A stretch of DNA of 64,000 nt from Eledone cirrhosa (GCA_964016885.1 OZ024742.1:79236001-79300000), one strand, 5' to 3'; positions 14,078-28,945 are shown, counted from the first letter of the stretch. The notes: generated by a model from the letters alone, not told the origin. Numbers and translations: made by a program.

Positions 14078-15177
14078 TGGTATGTTTAATAATGATGATT
14101 GGTGGTATGTTTAATAATGATGATTGGAATAGCAACGGCGTTGATAAACATACTGATGGAGCTAATGAAGCTGATGGTGATGCTGATGAAACTATTGATG
14201 ACGCTAGTGATGGAGCTAGTGAAGGTGATGGTAGCAATAGTGATGGTGATAATGGAGATCATGATGGTAAGGATAAATAAAGGTAGTAATGATGATAGTG
14301 GAATGAACAGTGAAGTTGACGATGGCGTTGGTGAAGGCAATGATGATGAGGAGGATGATTGTGATGTCTACGAAAGATCTTTCAATATCATTGGATTTTC
14401 TACTACTACAGATGATGGTCAAGCTGATTGTCTAATGTACCATTCCATATCATTACACACGGGAGTGTTATTTGAGGAAGATTTGTTGGGTTCTTCTAGA
14501 AGGTGAAATGACTGCAAGGAGGTGATATTGTTGGTTTATAGCTGCAGTTTTGTACCATTCAACGAGGGAGGGAAGGCTGTGCCAATGACCCTTTTATAAG
14601 CCTCTGAGGCTGGTGAGAAAAAGGGAAGGAGAAAGAAACATATTCTCAAACCAGAGATATGGCATCTAACGGCCATGTGGTGGAACTAAAACGATTGACG
14701 GATTATATCTAGCATCCAAATAATCCGCAACGTCATTTGAACCCAGAACACAAAAACTGGAACAAATACCGCAAAGCATCACGTCTGATTCTTTAATTAT
14801 TCCACAAATCTACCACCCTTGAACTAGAATGGTATTTTATTTTAACGGCTATGGTGATATTTGAATTTAGATTGCAAAGAGCCAGAACACATACTGTGAG
14901 GTATCACATTCCACGCTCTGGTAACTTTATCAGTTCACCAACTGTTGTTGTGTCCAGTGTGTGAGTGAAGAAAAAAAAAAAAAAAAGAAATCAGTAGTGA
15001 TTTGAGCAAGATTTTGTTACTATTTCTTGCAGGTCGACTAACCAAGTTAACCCCCCCCCCCTGCACCGCTAGCTTATCGAATGTCGCTTTTGTTGTTGTT
15101 GATCTTGTTGCTTCCATGCCTTGCTCTTGCTGCTGCTGCTGCTGCTGCTGCTCCTCCTCCTCCTCCTCCTCCTCCTC

Positions 15178-15211
<34 letters not shown>

Positions 15212-15598
15212 ATGCAGCTATATTATATTTGCAGCTTCTTCTTTACCATCAATGATCCTCAACTACTAATAATATGCCTCTGACTTCCATGTATGCACAT
15301 GCAAATGAAACAGATAGGGGTGGCTGCTGTCGATGGTGGCATCGTTGCATTCTCTAGTCAATGTTGTTGTTTAGTCCTAGGTTAATTTTAATTGAGCAAA
15401 CGCATAACCAAAGTCATTTCGGTTGGGGCTATCGCGATTTCTTGTTCTTTAGTTCCTACTTCCGTAATGGAACACTCTTCGACCCATACCACACTCAAAT
15501 CCCGACACTGGGTCCTGACACTTTCTCTGTTACCCACTCTACTACTCGAGTACTCTGGTGCCATATGGTCCACCTGGTATTTTACCAGACCTTCTTTA

Positions 15599-15709
<111 letters not shown>

Positions 15710-15809
15710 GTATATATATATATAACACATTTATATATATATATATAAATATTGCCTGGATGTATGGTTGTAATCCCTGAAGATGGAATCACAGAGGTAA
15801 ATATACTCT

Positions 15810-15968
15810 GGATTGGCAGTATCGGTAGAGGGTCGGACGCCATGCTTTTGCAGCATAGAGTTACGCCCTTTTATGGTCTGAGTTCGAATCCCGTCGAGGT
15901 CGATAGAATAAAGTACCAGTAATGCACTGGGATAATTGCTGGCCTTGTGCCAAAAGTAGAAACAATTA
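15810..15968 (+). mobile_element. tRNA-SINE family A with internal deletion, abutting a truncated hammerhead
   Basis: TGGCAGTATCGG and GTTCGAATCCC boxes; preceded by CTGAAGA plus partial helix II at 15777-15813. Confidence 0.85.
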
Positions 15969-16557
15969 TATAAAATACATGACAAAGTGGCGCATACCTT
16001 CTAAGGTACTCAGATATTCCTGAAGTTGTTTTTACTTCATTCTTCAGCCTTCAGAATGTCACATACAAAACTAGTAGGCTTCTGCTGTTTCTATCTACCA
16101 AATTCCACTGGCAGGGCATTTGATAACCAATGGCTATAGGAAGAAACACTGGTTGAAATTGCCGAACTGTGAGAACCCCAAAACTACTTGATTGTAAAGA
16201 GAACACCTTAACCAAGCAGACGTTTCTGAAAAATGAAACATTCGCAACATATTTGTTAAGTCTTTTCTAGTCCTTGTCTCCCCACGTCTTCCCACTCTCC
16301 CTCAATATCTATCAACAAGTCTGTTTAATACTTAACAACCTTCATATACACTAATTTTGAGATGGAAAAAATAAAGAAGAAATCTATTGGCTTGGAATGG
16401 ACCCATGTATCTCATATTAGCTTGGCGAACGTGTTACAAGATTGATCTAGCACGCTACGTTGAGTTTGCCTTACTGAATTAGTTTCACGTTTGTTATAAA
16501 TAACTTTATACTTTTCTTCTCTCCCTCACTTTGATTCTCTCTCTCTCTCTATCTCTC

Positions 16558-16635
<78 letters not shown>

Positions 16636-17072
16636 TACATACATATATATATACATATATATAAATAAATATATATATATTTATTTATATATATGTGTAT
16701 ATGTTCATACGTCTGTGAGCGTCGAGAGATTGAGAGAGAGAGAGAGAAGGAGAGAGAGAGAGAGATGGCATAGAGAATGTAAAAAAATTATCTATTACTA
16801 TTTCGTCCAAATATATCCTGTTTCCTTTCGTTTCTCAGAAAATTTATAATACTCTTTTCTACATTTGCTTCTGATTCTTGATTTCTACACATCTATATTC
16901 ATGCATACATATATATTTTATATATAAATATATAATCTGTCAGGCGCCCATACATATTTACGCACTATTGGTTCACCAGTTTGAGTACTTTATGAATAAG
17001 TAGGTCTGGTTTACATTGCACATTTGATGTTTTACTATGGTCGGTGTCCTTCATGAGCTGTGTTAATAAGAA

Positions 17073-17252
17073 TAATTGTTTCTACTTTCGGCACAAGGCC
17101 AGCACTCATCCCAGTGTGTTACTAGTGCTTTATTTTATGGACCCGGTAAGGATGAAAGGCAAAGTTAACCTCGGCGGGATTTGAACTCAGATCATAAAGG
17201 GCCGTAACTCTATGGTGCAAAGCATGGCGTCTAACCCTCTACCGACACTACC
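17073..17252 (-). mobile_element. tRNA-SINE family A, short form
   Basis: Family match. Confidence 0.85.
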
Positions 17253-17298
17253 TAAGTAATGAGTAAGAACGAGGTGTCAAAATATCATCATTATGTTT

Positions 17299-17912
17299 AC
17301 TAGCTGAAAAATCACCCTTCGGGAGGTTTTCTGCTAGCATGTGTAGTGTGCATATTGATATTATACGCAAGTATACATGCATGTAGATATGATGCATCAA
17401 ATAAAATCGTAATTGACAATATTCACAGAAATTGAACGAAGACTGTGTTACACTCTCTTATGTAATCAGTAACGTAATCCATGATACATTAAAAAAAGAC
17501 GATATTATATATAAACTGCATTAGGAGAAAATTAATGACGGAAATATATGAATGTTTATTTAAGCGATCGCTAACCGGAAGTGTTGACATTTGAAAATTT
17601 TAAAGAAATGAATCTTTAAATAAGCAATAAAATATATTTAATCAAAAGCTACGAAATTTAGCAGATAAATTATGTAATATTCATTAATTCAAAGTAATCC
17701 AACTTATTTTACAAATGGGATAAAGATTTATATTCTGGATGCAGTCCCGCACTCCTTTCTTTATTATAGTGAAGATATATATATATACTTAAATGCGTAC
17801 AGATATGTCGGAGCCAAAATTTTAATACTACTTTCAAGCTGAACTGGCTTGTACACCTCCATATGCGACTGAGGCTAATCAGCCCATCTATATAGGCGAA
17901 AAATCTATATAT
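17299..17912 (-). mobile_element. Possible non-autonomous Helitron
   Basis: Minus-strand end CTAG|T preceded by a short hairpin (ACCCTTCGGGAGGT region); no coding evidence; left boundary firmer than right. Confidence 0.4.
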
Positions 17913-18148
17913 TTTCACTTGTTTCAAATTCCAGTAAAGAGAAGGGGAAGCACTGTCTTGATGACAACCAGAGCCAGAAATGCGCATTGACAGTTATCCT
18001 CCCGCTGCTTCTACTGGAATCCACTAGACGGCGCCAACCGTCAGCATTCAGTATTCAGTATTCACTTCTAGAAAGCTTTGCAAATGTTTATTCGTATACA
18101 TACCGTATATCATTAGATATACGAAATTCACACACACACACACACACG

Positions 18149-18227
<79 letters not shown>

Positions 18228-18291
18228 TTAATAGTAGAACACTGGTGGGTTATATCGGAGTTTCTTAACTACCTTAAGGGTGGAAGCTAGA

Positions 18292-18378
<87 letters not shown>

Positions 18379-18486
18379 TGTATATATATCATCCTTTTCT
18401 CTTCTTTGTCGGCCTGTGTTGCTTATAGTTTACGATCCTGTCTCTGAATCTAGTAAATCTTTCAGCTGTTATTTTAATTTTAACTC

Positions 18487-18519
<33 letters not shown>

Positions 18520-19249
18520 TTTTTTTCTTTATATAATAGATAACCTTTCCAACCATCAGAAACGCAGTCGTGCACACCTCTGTTTGCACGTCTTTGCAGG
18601 TAATTAATTTAAATCATACATTCTTGTAGCTTCCCTAGCATTTCTCCTCTTCTCATCCCTAAAAACCAACAAACGCACAAACATACTACAGTGCTAGGCT
18701 AAGTGTATATTTACATAAAAATGAAACGATTCACATACTGTATTATGTAATGCACAATTAACAGCTATCGTTTGTTGGTCTTTTTTTGTGAAAGGCACAC
18801 CGCATTTTCAAAGTATCGTAACCACATTTTAAGGAGCGTTACTCGTGGATCAGAGAACACATGCATTCATTTTACCGGTTTACTGTGTAAATGTGTAATA
18901 ATAATTGTTTCTACTTTTTGCTTTATTCTAGTTGGAGGGTGTGTGATATTTTTAAGTAAGAGATCATTCTTTTACCGAAATTGTTAGTGAGAAATAAGTA
19001 TGTTTACACACCCGTCTGTCCATGTATGCATACTGAGGTACATACATAATACACACACACACACACACGCACCCCCCCCCCCACACATATATATATATAA
19101 GTATAGTACCTATATAAAATATATACATTTATGCACAAGTTTGTATTTGTAGATGCAGTATAGACGAAATATTAAATAGTTAACTTAGCAATAAGGTTTC
19201 TAGTTGAAATCCACAGTATGGTACCTTGGCTATGTGGCAATTATCATAG

Positions 19250-19505
19250 CGTCAGGTGGAATGGTTAAGAAATTCATTTCATAATCATAAGATCCCGGGT
19301 TCGATCTCACTGCATGGCATGTTGGCCAATAAATTTTACCATGCCCTTGGATCGATGTCGACATTGTGTGAGAAATTTGGGAGAACGGAAACTGCTTGGA
19401 AGCCAGTTAGATAGACTTTATCTGTATTTCAAAGGGCCAACCTTTTTATACCGTATCATGCTGAATCTCCACCGGAAGATACCTTAAAGGTACACGTATC
19501 TGTTA
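19250..19505 (+). mobile_element. Second, older tRNA-derived SINE family B; related degenerate copies near 20540-20800, 23130-23445 (minus), 27436-27700
   Basis: ATGGTTAAGAA..GGTTCGATC B-box-like head followed by shared TGTGAG..ATTTGG..ACGGAAACTG..GGAAGCC block. Confidence 0.6.
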
Positions 19506-19545
19506 ATCAAATATACGTATCGTCGACCATTATTTGATCAAGAAA

Positions 19546-19747
19546 CACGAATGTCGGCTGAAAATTTCATAGGCTGACTATGAACAAGTGTTGCTAGAGC
19601 TGGGAAATCCTGCAGGCATTAATTTCAGCTCGTCTTATTAATAACTGCATTGTTTTTGTCCAGAGATGATGTTGGAAAATATATCTCATTCTGTCTTTCC
19701 ATAAGAGTATATTGGTCAGTCTATGAACGTCTCATCCGACATTCGTA
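19546..19747. mobile_element. Mariner-like MITE
   Basis: Imperfect TIRs ACGAATGTCGGCTGAAAATTTCATAGGCTGAC / GTCAGTCTATGAACGTCTCATCCGACATTCGTA. Confidence 0.7.
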
Positions 19748-22108
19748 AACCTCGTAAACTGGTTTTTCAAATTATATTCATAGGATCGGCAAATGCCCTG
19801 TATATTTAAGGCAACACTTCTCATAAAATATTGCAGAAACTCTACTAGTTGAATCCTAAACTAACTAGATAGAACTTTACCTGGTATATTATGGTTACCT
19901 TAGTCAATATATGAGCTTCAACTTCACCCAGCCGATGTAGCTGAGCTGGTGAGCAATACTATCATCTAAGTAAACTCTGCCATATTACTTACATAGTAAC
20001 AGCCGAAAAATTCAATACCACCAAGAACATATTATTTATTTCCCCAGAACTAAATCACCCATGATCACTAAATAGGAGGTGACTACCAGCAACCACAATG
20101 TCTACAGGTTTATCACACGCAAAGCAAATGATCATAGCACCTGTAAACATTTTCATTTCCAAAAGTTCAGTCCGGCTTTTGATTCTTTGCAAATGGAGTG
20201 TCGATTAACTTTGTACGTTTCTCCTACTAACCCCTGGTCGACCTAAATAGTTTTGTCAACAAACTTTTGTTTTTTATCAAGTTGCAACATTGCAACAGGG
20301 GTTGACAGGACGTTTTCTGGCTCACCGTTTGTGTTTCGGTCAGATCTTCGGTTTGAGAAAATATATCAAATATGGTTCCTCTCTCTCCTACCACCACCAG
20401 TCCCAGGGGCCAACGAAGAAGGTTGTATGTAGTCATTAGACTTGCTAGAAATAACAGCTTAATGTCCTTCGAATAATTCCTTGGAAAAATACTCATTGTA
20501 TAATGTATTCCACAGTTACACTCTGACTGAAAATTGGACGCATGGATTGTTGAGATGTTAAGAAGTTTGCTGTGTAATTATGATTTCCACGTCTGATCTC
20601 TTTGCATTGCATATTAGGTGAGAGATTTATATACGCCTCGATGTGATGCAAGCCATGTGAGTGAAACCGAGTACACCAAAAGTGTATAGAAATCCGTTGT
20701 ATGAATTCTACCTGTAATTCAAAAAGTCAGTCTTATCACATATTGTGTCACACTGAATCAGCTCGTGAATTACACTAAAATGCACAAGTCTATGGAATAC
20801 TCAACCATCATTTAATGAGTTGGAGGTTTAGTTAGTCGAACATCTGAAAGCTTATAATAGAATCCGAGGGAAGATACGTCGTTATCGTCACTGCAAATAA
20901 GATGGTCATGGCTGGAAAGGTATTTGATCATAGGTCTGCCTGATCAGGGATGACCTGGGACTAAACAGCAACATGAACAAATGCCTTAAAGGGCGAATAA
21001 AATCGATGGTATAGACAACAGCACATTGAATTGCAAATGAATTCCATCGACGTGCCATGATCTACATTCTTCTGATAATGAGGGCGTCTGAACACGTTTG
21101 TTTGACTTGCAAGTAATAGCAGCCCAGCCAAATTTCTATCAAATCACCCGCTCCTAGAAAAATGGAGTGCTCACACTCGCATTGTCTTTTGATCAGGGTT
21201 GACATAGAACTGAAGAACAATATCAAAGGTATCGATCAGGGATAAGTGGAAGCCGAATATGGATAGAGACACAAGTGGCCAAATAGTTCCACTGATATTG
21301 ACCAGCATCACATCAGTTCAGCCACTATGATATTCGCATGTTCGCATGAATATAACTTGCTTAATTTACGGGTCTTATTCTTTGGGGTGGGGTGGTACAA
21401 GATATATTTAGTGACATCATATAGTAAGTACATTTAAATAAATTTGTAGATGATTGCGTCCTAATAAATTATTCCCTTTTCCTCTCTCTTTCACAATTAT
21501 GTTCCTTATATCTCTTACCCATTTGCTCCCCAGTATCTCTCTGTTTCTTTCGTCCTTTCTCATTTTAATTTCAAATGCACTAAAAATATTTCTTATCTCT
21601 TTTAAGATATCAAAATTAGAAGTCTCTTTCACACACATGCAAAAAGACATTCGCATAAAAACATTGACACTCCATTTGCAAAGAATCAAAAAGACATTCG
21701 CATAAAAACATTATTATACAGACATAATTCTCTATCTTTTTCTATAACTGTTTTCCCGATTCTATCTCTCTTTCTCTCCCTCCCTCTCCCCGCTCTCTTT
21801 CTTTCTCTCTCTCTATCTTTCACTGCATAACACATCAAACGGTGATACTGTTATCGCCCAGAACTTACACTCAGTGGGTTGCCAACCTTGAATAAGAAGC
21901 GTAGTTAGTTGCTCATAACTTAACAGCATTTGTCTTAATAACATGATGTATGTACAAACAATTGACGAAGAGCAGAGAGAACATCAAACCACAATTATTA
22001 TGAATGGATGACTGAGGGGGATAAGAGAGAGACAGAGAGAGATGTAGATGAGAAAGGGAGGAATGTGTGTATATGTGAGCATGCAAGCATATGCTTGAAA
22101 TGTAGTAT

Positions 22109-22326
22109 AATGGTTTCTTATTTAGGCACAAGGCCAGCAATTTTGGGTGAGGGGAAAGTCGATTAAATCGACCCCAGTGCGTAACTGGTACTTTATTTTA
22201 TCGACCCCATAAGGATGAAAGGCAAAGTTAACCTCGGCGAGATTTGAACTCAGATCATAAAGGGCCGTAACTCTATGCTGCAAAGCATGTCGTACGACCC
22301 TCTACCGATACTGCCAATCCACCGCT
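22109..22326 (-). mobile_element. tRNA-SINE family A, full-length long form
   Basis: A box, B box, central block, GTCGATT/AATCGAC hairpin, 3' tail. Confidence 0.9.
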
Positions 22327-23521
22327 CTTGAAATGTTTCATCATTACGTATATATCGAGTCTTTATATATACATCTATTAAATTAATAACTCTTACAGGA
22401 ATACTCCTCTTTCTTATCTAAGCATTCGTATGAGATTCTCAAACAAATTCTTACAAAAGAAAGAGTCCACTCTGGTACAAGCATTCAGATCGTGTTTATA
22501 GTTTGAGGATAACTTCCCCGCTTCCAGCAGTCTCTGTGGTACTGAAACAGTTTATGGGTACTGCCCTTCCCTTCCTAACTAAACAGCAAATAAATGAATG
22601 AATAAATAAAAACTATGAGTGTTTAATTTAATACATGAAAATATATCCCCTCTGCTTTATGTATTGAGTACGGTTTTTTAAAAATTTATTGGTCGATCGA
22701 CAAGATCCCGGTCTTCATTCGCTTACCGACAGGGCTGGAACCCGTCAGATCGGACCAAGGAAACAATGTTCTTTCCATTGCTGATACTATCTACCAGTGG
22801 CAACTTCTGACAGAAAGAGAAACGTGAAATAGTCTCATGTTCAAGAACATAATATATCGCCTGGTCCAGGATCGAACTCGCAACCTCACGATAGTGAATC
22901 CAATTTCCCAACCACTAAACGACTGAGTAAGTTTACGTTTCTTTAAATTGGGATTCTCTCTGCTTTAGAAACTAATGATTAACAAAAATATTTCATGCCT
23001 GAATTATCAAACCACCACCTTCTCCCGCCAATATCACAACCATGACCATAACGCAAAGCAAATCTCAAACCACCAAAACCACCACAGTCATACCTAAAGC
23101 ATCAACAAGAGATGGAGATACTGGATATCCGTCGGTTGCGACTATGTGTGTTTCAGTCGTTCGAAGTACGGGACAGGCTGCTCGTCGAATTATCGTTCAA
23201 GTGGCTGAGTATTCCATGGAAACAAGCAATGTTAATGTAATTCTCAAGTAAATTCAGCGTAACACGGTATGTGACATGACTGGTACTTCATATTATAGGT
23301 ACAACTCATTTTCTTTTTTGCCAGTTGAATAGACTGGATCAACGTGAAATAAATGGCTTTGATCAAAGACACAACGAACTGTTTGAAATCGAACTCATTA
23401 CCTTACTGCTGTGGATCGATCACCATTACGCCATGCATCTCCACAAAGCAACATTAAGGTCTTTTAATATATTTCATGTTTATGCATTAAAAAAAAAATC
23501 ATTTCACGCCACCTTTCGTGG

Positions 23522-23581
<60 letters not shown>

Positions 23582-23736
23582 GCGCGCACTCTCTCTCTCC
23601 CTCTCACCCCCCCTCTCACCCACACACAAACTCTCTCTCTATCTCTCTCTCACACACACGCGCGCGGGTGCACTCTCTCTCTATCTCTCTCACACACACA
23701 CGCGCGCGTGCACTCTCTCTCTCTCACACACACATA

Positions 23737-23777
<41 letters not shown>

Positions 23778-23922
23778 TTTTTCGCTCTCTCATACACACA
23801 CACACAGTATCTGTTTTCCAAGAGATGACGAAATGAACAGTCTTACTTTTTCTGAAAGATTTTTCGCTTCTGCTTCTGTTAAATCTCCTCTATCTCTCTA
23901 TTTCTTCTTTCATTTCTCATTC

Positions 23923-23965
23923 TATTTCCTGATGAAGGACTAGAGTCCGAAATATTATAAAATTT
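23923..23965 (+). ncRNA. Hammerhead ribozyme motif, partly degenerate
   Basis: CTGATGA A GGAC TAGA GTCC GAAA TATTA TA; helix I only partly pairs (ATTT/AAAT). Confidence 0.6.
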
Positions 23966-26217
23966 CCTACTATATTAAGCATGAGACTAATATATATCTT
24001 CATTGTACTTCATCGTCTGTTATGTTTCTTTTCGTTTTAAAAAAAAAACTGTCTGCTTCATATAGTGTAGAATATCTCTTCTGCTAAACCAACTTCATTC
24101 TTTGCTTCATTTTCGACCCCCTCCCCCCCCCCCCCACACACACAGTGTATGTGATTCAGTGAATTACTGGCGTTAGTGCGAAATGAACATTCGACGCACG
24201 AGCAGAGTGTATATAATAGGAAAAAAAAATGACGAAGTTTCCCTTACATGAATTTATGTTTTTATTGTGCATCGAGCTGTTACGCGTGTTTCGCAGAGAA
24301 TTGGCTCAAGGTCACCCAGATACGTTATGAACCTGACTCCAGTATCGATCTGCTCGTCAGACTGGTGATTCAATATTATTTTTTGAATGGAAATCTGGTA
24401 GAGGGCAACTTTGCCTTTCATATTTTCGAGATAAAAAAATATAGAACTTGTCAAGTAATAAACAAAATAATTTAGTGCTAAGAGCAACCTGATTAAGATG
24501 TACCACAGAGGTTTTTTTTCAATTCTGGTTTTCCTATTTCTCTTAGTCCTATCAAATAGACGTATGATACTATTGATAACAACTTCTATGTACTTGTCAT
24601 GGAAATTTAGTTGAAGTTGAAGAATGAAATATTTTATGCTTATTTTCATTGAATTTTTCGTTTACAAGACTCCTTCTTGTTGGTTAGTTACACCTGCTTG
24701 CATATTCAAGCATTCGATTACGAAAGTGGATCTAGTCTTTAAAGCCAGCTGCCGAATTTAATGGACATAATTCTATCTTATTAGACTTCATCATCGTAGC
24801 ACACACACACACACGCGCGCACGTTCACGCACACACACACATAAACACACACACACACACATATGGAAATAGAGGGGAATGTAGTGACGCTGATTATGCA
24901 TTTCATTCAAATATCTGGCTGAAGAGAAATGACTGAGTGAGGTGTTCAGCATATCTATTATACATAGAGTAGCGCCTTTCATACATAATATATGGAGTTG
25001 AAAAATAGTAATAAAAAAAACTCCATTCTCGTGTATTCAAAATCTAAAACAACAGCAATAAAGGGACAAAGCTGCACCGGATTTGCCTTTCAGATCCCTG
25101 GAAACATGGAAATCATTGTCCGCGTAGTGTGACTTGAATAGTAAAGGACGCTAAAGAGATGTAACTAATTTCCACATATCAATCGGCACCCTTCAATCGG
25201 GAGCTCTGTTGTTTAGGTCTTATTTATAATCTTTATACATGCCACTATATTGCCCCCCTCTTTCTTAAAAACCCTCATCTTTTAGTTGTCATAAAGAAAG
25301 AGAATATTTTCTTTTAAGAAAGTGTGTTAGCTCTCGCTTCACTTCATAGTCTTCATGCAAAGGTTGTCCCTGAAAATTACTTCACCATCACATGCGAGTT
25401 ATTCATAATTTGAAACAAACTAACAATGTACTAAAAGTACTAATAAAGCAAGGAAGTAAAGGAAATAAATATACAAATTTGTATAAATCACCTAATTTAC
25501 GCATCACCCCAAATTATATCGAAAGAATCTGGCACTGAGATCAATAAAAAAAAAAATGACAAAATAAAACAAAAAAAAAACGAATAACAAAAATAAATAC
25601 AAACACAACTAACTGTGCCATGATGTGAAGTAAAATATGAAAAAAAAAAGATAAAAATAACATCAAAAGATATCAAACGCGCGAAGAAAGAATAAAGCGT
25701 TAATAGAATAAATACAGAATAAATGTACACAAATGCCAACAAGAAAATATATATAGTGCTATATAAGGTGAAATTTGTAAAGTATAGGAAAATAACCTAC
25801 TTTGTTTTATTCAAATGAAAAACTAATACAATAAGTAAAAACAAAAGTTCAAACAATATAATGTATAATAAATAAATAAAGTCATTTAAACAAAATTTAT
25901 TTTAAAAAAAGTGGTATTCAGCAAAGAAGAATTACAGACTATTCTGAAGATTAAACAATGAAAATATAGAATAAAAAAAGAAGCAACTCTTTTAAAAACG
26001 GAAAAGAAATTAAAGAATTAAATAAAAATAAAATGAAGAAATAAATTAAAAATACATGGAAGAAAGAAAATTCTTCTACAATGCAGATAACCCACTCAAA
26101 GAAACGAAAGAAATATGTGAAATAATCTGTAAACCATACATTGGTGAATTTTACAGATGTGAAATTTAGGCATAATTTGGAATGCAGAGGGAAAGATAGT
26201 AATAATTGCATAGATAA

Positions 26218-26506
26218 AGGCAAAGTTAACCTTGGTGTGATTTGAACTCAGACCATAAAGGGACATAACTCTATGCTGCAAAGCATAGCCTCCAACCTTC
26301 TACTGATACTGCCAAAATGTATGTGAAACGAAAGTATGAGTGATTTAACACAAGGCCAACAATTTGGAGGGAGAAAGTCGATTAAATTGACCCCAATGCA
26401 TTTATGGTATCCTCGACGGTATTTGAACTCAGAATATAAAGGGACGTAACTCTATGGCGCCAATCATGTTGTCCGACGCTCTAGCGATACTGCCAACCGA
26501 CCGCTC
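26218..26506 (-). mobile_element. Two partial tRNA-SINE family A copies
   Basis: Family match at 26218-26313 and 26348-26506. Confidence 0.75.
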
Positions 26507-28160
26507 AATATTCTGTATAATAAACAGCATTGACAAACCGTCTCTTTTTTGTGCCGGTATATCGAGAGAAATCTTGTGTCCCCGGTCCCCGGGCAGCAGT
26601 TTTTCTCCTATAAACTGGGAGGAAGATATTTCGCGGGGGAAAAGGGCCAGCAGGTGTCGCTTCTATTTTCTTCCTTCCTTTTAGTTATTCCTCTCCATAT
26701 TTTTCTCTCTCTACTTATTTATAGATATATACAGTTGAATATGAAATTTTGAATTAATAAACAGTTGAATAATATTTCTATCTTCTTCTTCTTCTTCTTC
26801 TTCTTCTTCTTCTTCGTTAGTTTTTTCAGATAATTTGGCTTCCCTTTCATAAGAGGGTAAAATGTAACTTTATAACATAATTGGTTTTTTTTAAACCCGG
26901 ATAATCGGTTACTGAGTAGAACAGGTTATTGTGAAAGACGTTCCTGCAGTGACTAACACGTATGTTTTCGGACATAACGAATAGAGGACTAATGTGTAAT
27001 TCCTGTTTTAAGAAGGTAAAGTAGCACTTTATAATAGAATTGATTTTGTTGTTTAAACTCAGATCATTTCTGACTGAGCAGATATTACATCAACGATGTC
27101 CCAACTGAAATCGTCCAATTGTTTCTTTTTTTTATACATAATGTACTAGGAATACATTATTTAATGTATACTTCCTGTTTTAAGGCGGTAAACTATGACA
27201 AAGGGAAATGTGCCTGCTATTTTTAGAAGGGTTAACGGATATGTAGTACCGAAGACTAAAATCTTAAGATTTATCTCTTGGCGTATCATCGATAAAATTG
27301 TTGTGGTTATCATTTTTTAAACTCAGATGAGATTTGCTACAGCAAAAAATGTGCTCGAAGATGTTCAACCTGTGAATATGGCGTCATTTATTTTCGGACG
27401 TAATCTCTCTATGACTACATTATATAATGTGTAGTTGCGGCAGCATGGGCGAATGGTTAAGAAGTTCGCTTCAGAATCATTTGCTCCATGATTCGATCCC
27501 ACTGCGTGGGGTCTTGGACTGGTGTCATTTACCATAAACTCGAGTCGACCCATGTTTGAGAGTGAATTTGGTTAGACGGATACTGTTTGGAAGCCCGTCT
27601 GGTTGATGGACTATACATGTAAATTAAAGGGCCATCCATGCCGCACACTGTGTTACGACTGTTCCTTTGATCGAACTGTAACACTCATCATCAAAACCAC
27701 CGGAGATCCATTCCATATATTGTGTCCTATGTTAAGATAAAATTTAAAACAATAGGGATTTTGTTGCTATTTCTAGCAACTTGAGCCATCGAAAATTTAG
27801 AGTCACCCAAAATCCCCGAGGTTGGGTTATACAATCTTAGAATAGGAACAACATATTTTACATGAGATATACGAACATCAATGGGTGAATAACATTTAGT
27901 CAGAGAGAACATCAGTGTAATAGAATAGCTCTCTATATAAATAGAACTATATTTGAAGAATTAGTTCTGATCTTAATCACTCTCTTCCAATTATATGATT
28001 GAAATAGGTGATATAAAACAATATATTTAAATGAAAATCGAACGATCAGATTTCAAGCAGACAAGTTAAAATTAGTCACACACATACAAACACGCACGTA
28101 CACATAATCCACGCACATATACACATGCATATATATATGCATATATATCTATATATATAT

Positions 28161-28727
28161 ATGGAAAAAATGAAACGAAATTTCATTTCTCACTCTTAGT
28201 ACGGCTGTTACGTAAATCCATACGTACATATATATATGTGTGCATGTATGTATATATATATACATACTCCTGTACGTCTGTATACATATATATATGTACG
28301 TGTACATACTTATATTTAAGTAACAGCCGTACTAAGAGTGAGAAATGAAATTTCGTTTCATTTTTTCCATTTATCGTTTTCGGTGCGCCCGGCCGATTAA
28401 CTCACTCGATATGCAAATTAGGCTGCTCAGCCGTTAATATGCATAAGGAAAGTATATACTTTCAGACGTTCAATCATCTGGCAGGAAGGTATACGGTGCT
28501 GACGATAGCTAATAAGCTTGAAACTAGTACATCGTTCCTTTGTCAGTGTTGAACAAATAGGCAACGATGGTTGCTAGACACTGTACGGCTTAATCCGGGA
28601 TGTTTGTTTACAAACAAACCGAGCATTATAATAAATGTTCGGTAAATCCATACGTACACATGTATATGTGTGCATGTATGTATATATATACATACTACTG
28701 TACGTCTGTATACATATATGTATGTAC

Positions 28728-28736
<9 letters not shown>
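28161..28736 (+). mobile_element. ORF-less hammerhead-bearing unit with ~95 bp terminal direct repeats and a 51 bp inverted leader (retrozyme-like or PLE pLTR)
   Basis: 28212-28308 repeats at 28642-28736 (period 430 bp); 28161-28211 is the reverse complement of 28320-28370. Confidence 0.75.
28494..28534 (+). ncRNA. Minimal type I hammerhead ribozyme
   Basis: CGGTG CTGACGA T AGCT AATA AGCT T GAAA CTAG TA CATCG; helix I extended by AGGAA/TTCCT. Confidence 0.85.
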
Positions 28737-28790
<54 letters not shown>

Positions 28791-28890
28791 TATACACACA
28801 TATATATATACATAACATATATATGCATATATAAGAGAAATATATGTATATGCATATATATGTATATATATGTGTGTGTGTATATATATA

Positions 28891-28939
<49 letters not shown>

Positions 28940-28945
<6 letters not shown>

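Noticed and set aside
14026-14506. Asp/Gly-rich or Met-rich ORFs
   Set aside because: Decayed (GAT)n trinucleotide tract adjacent to a SINE; no exon evidence
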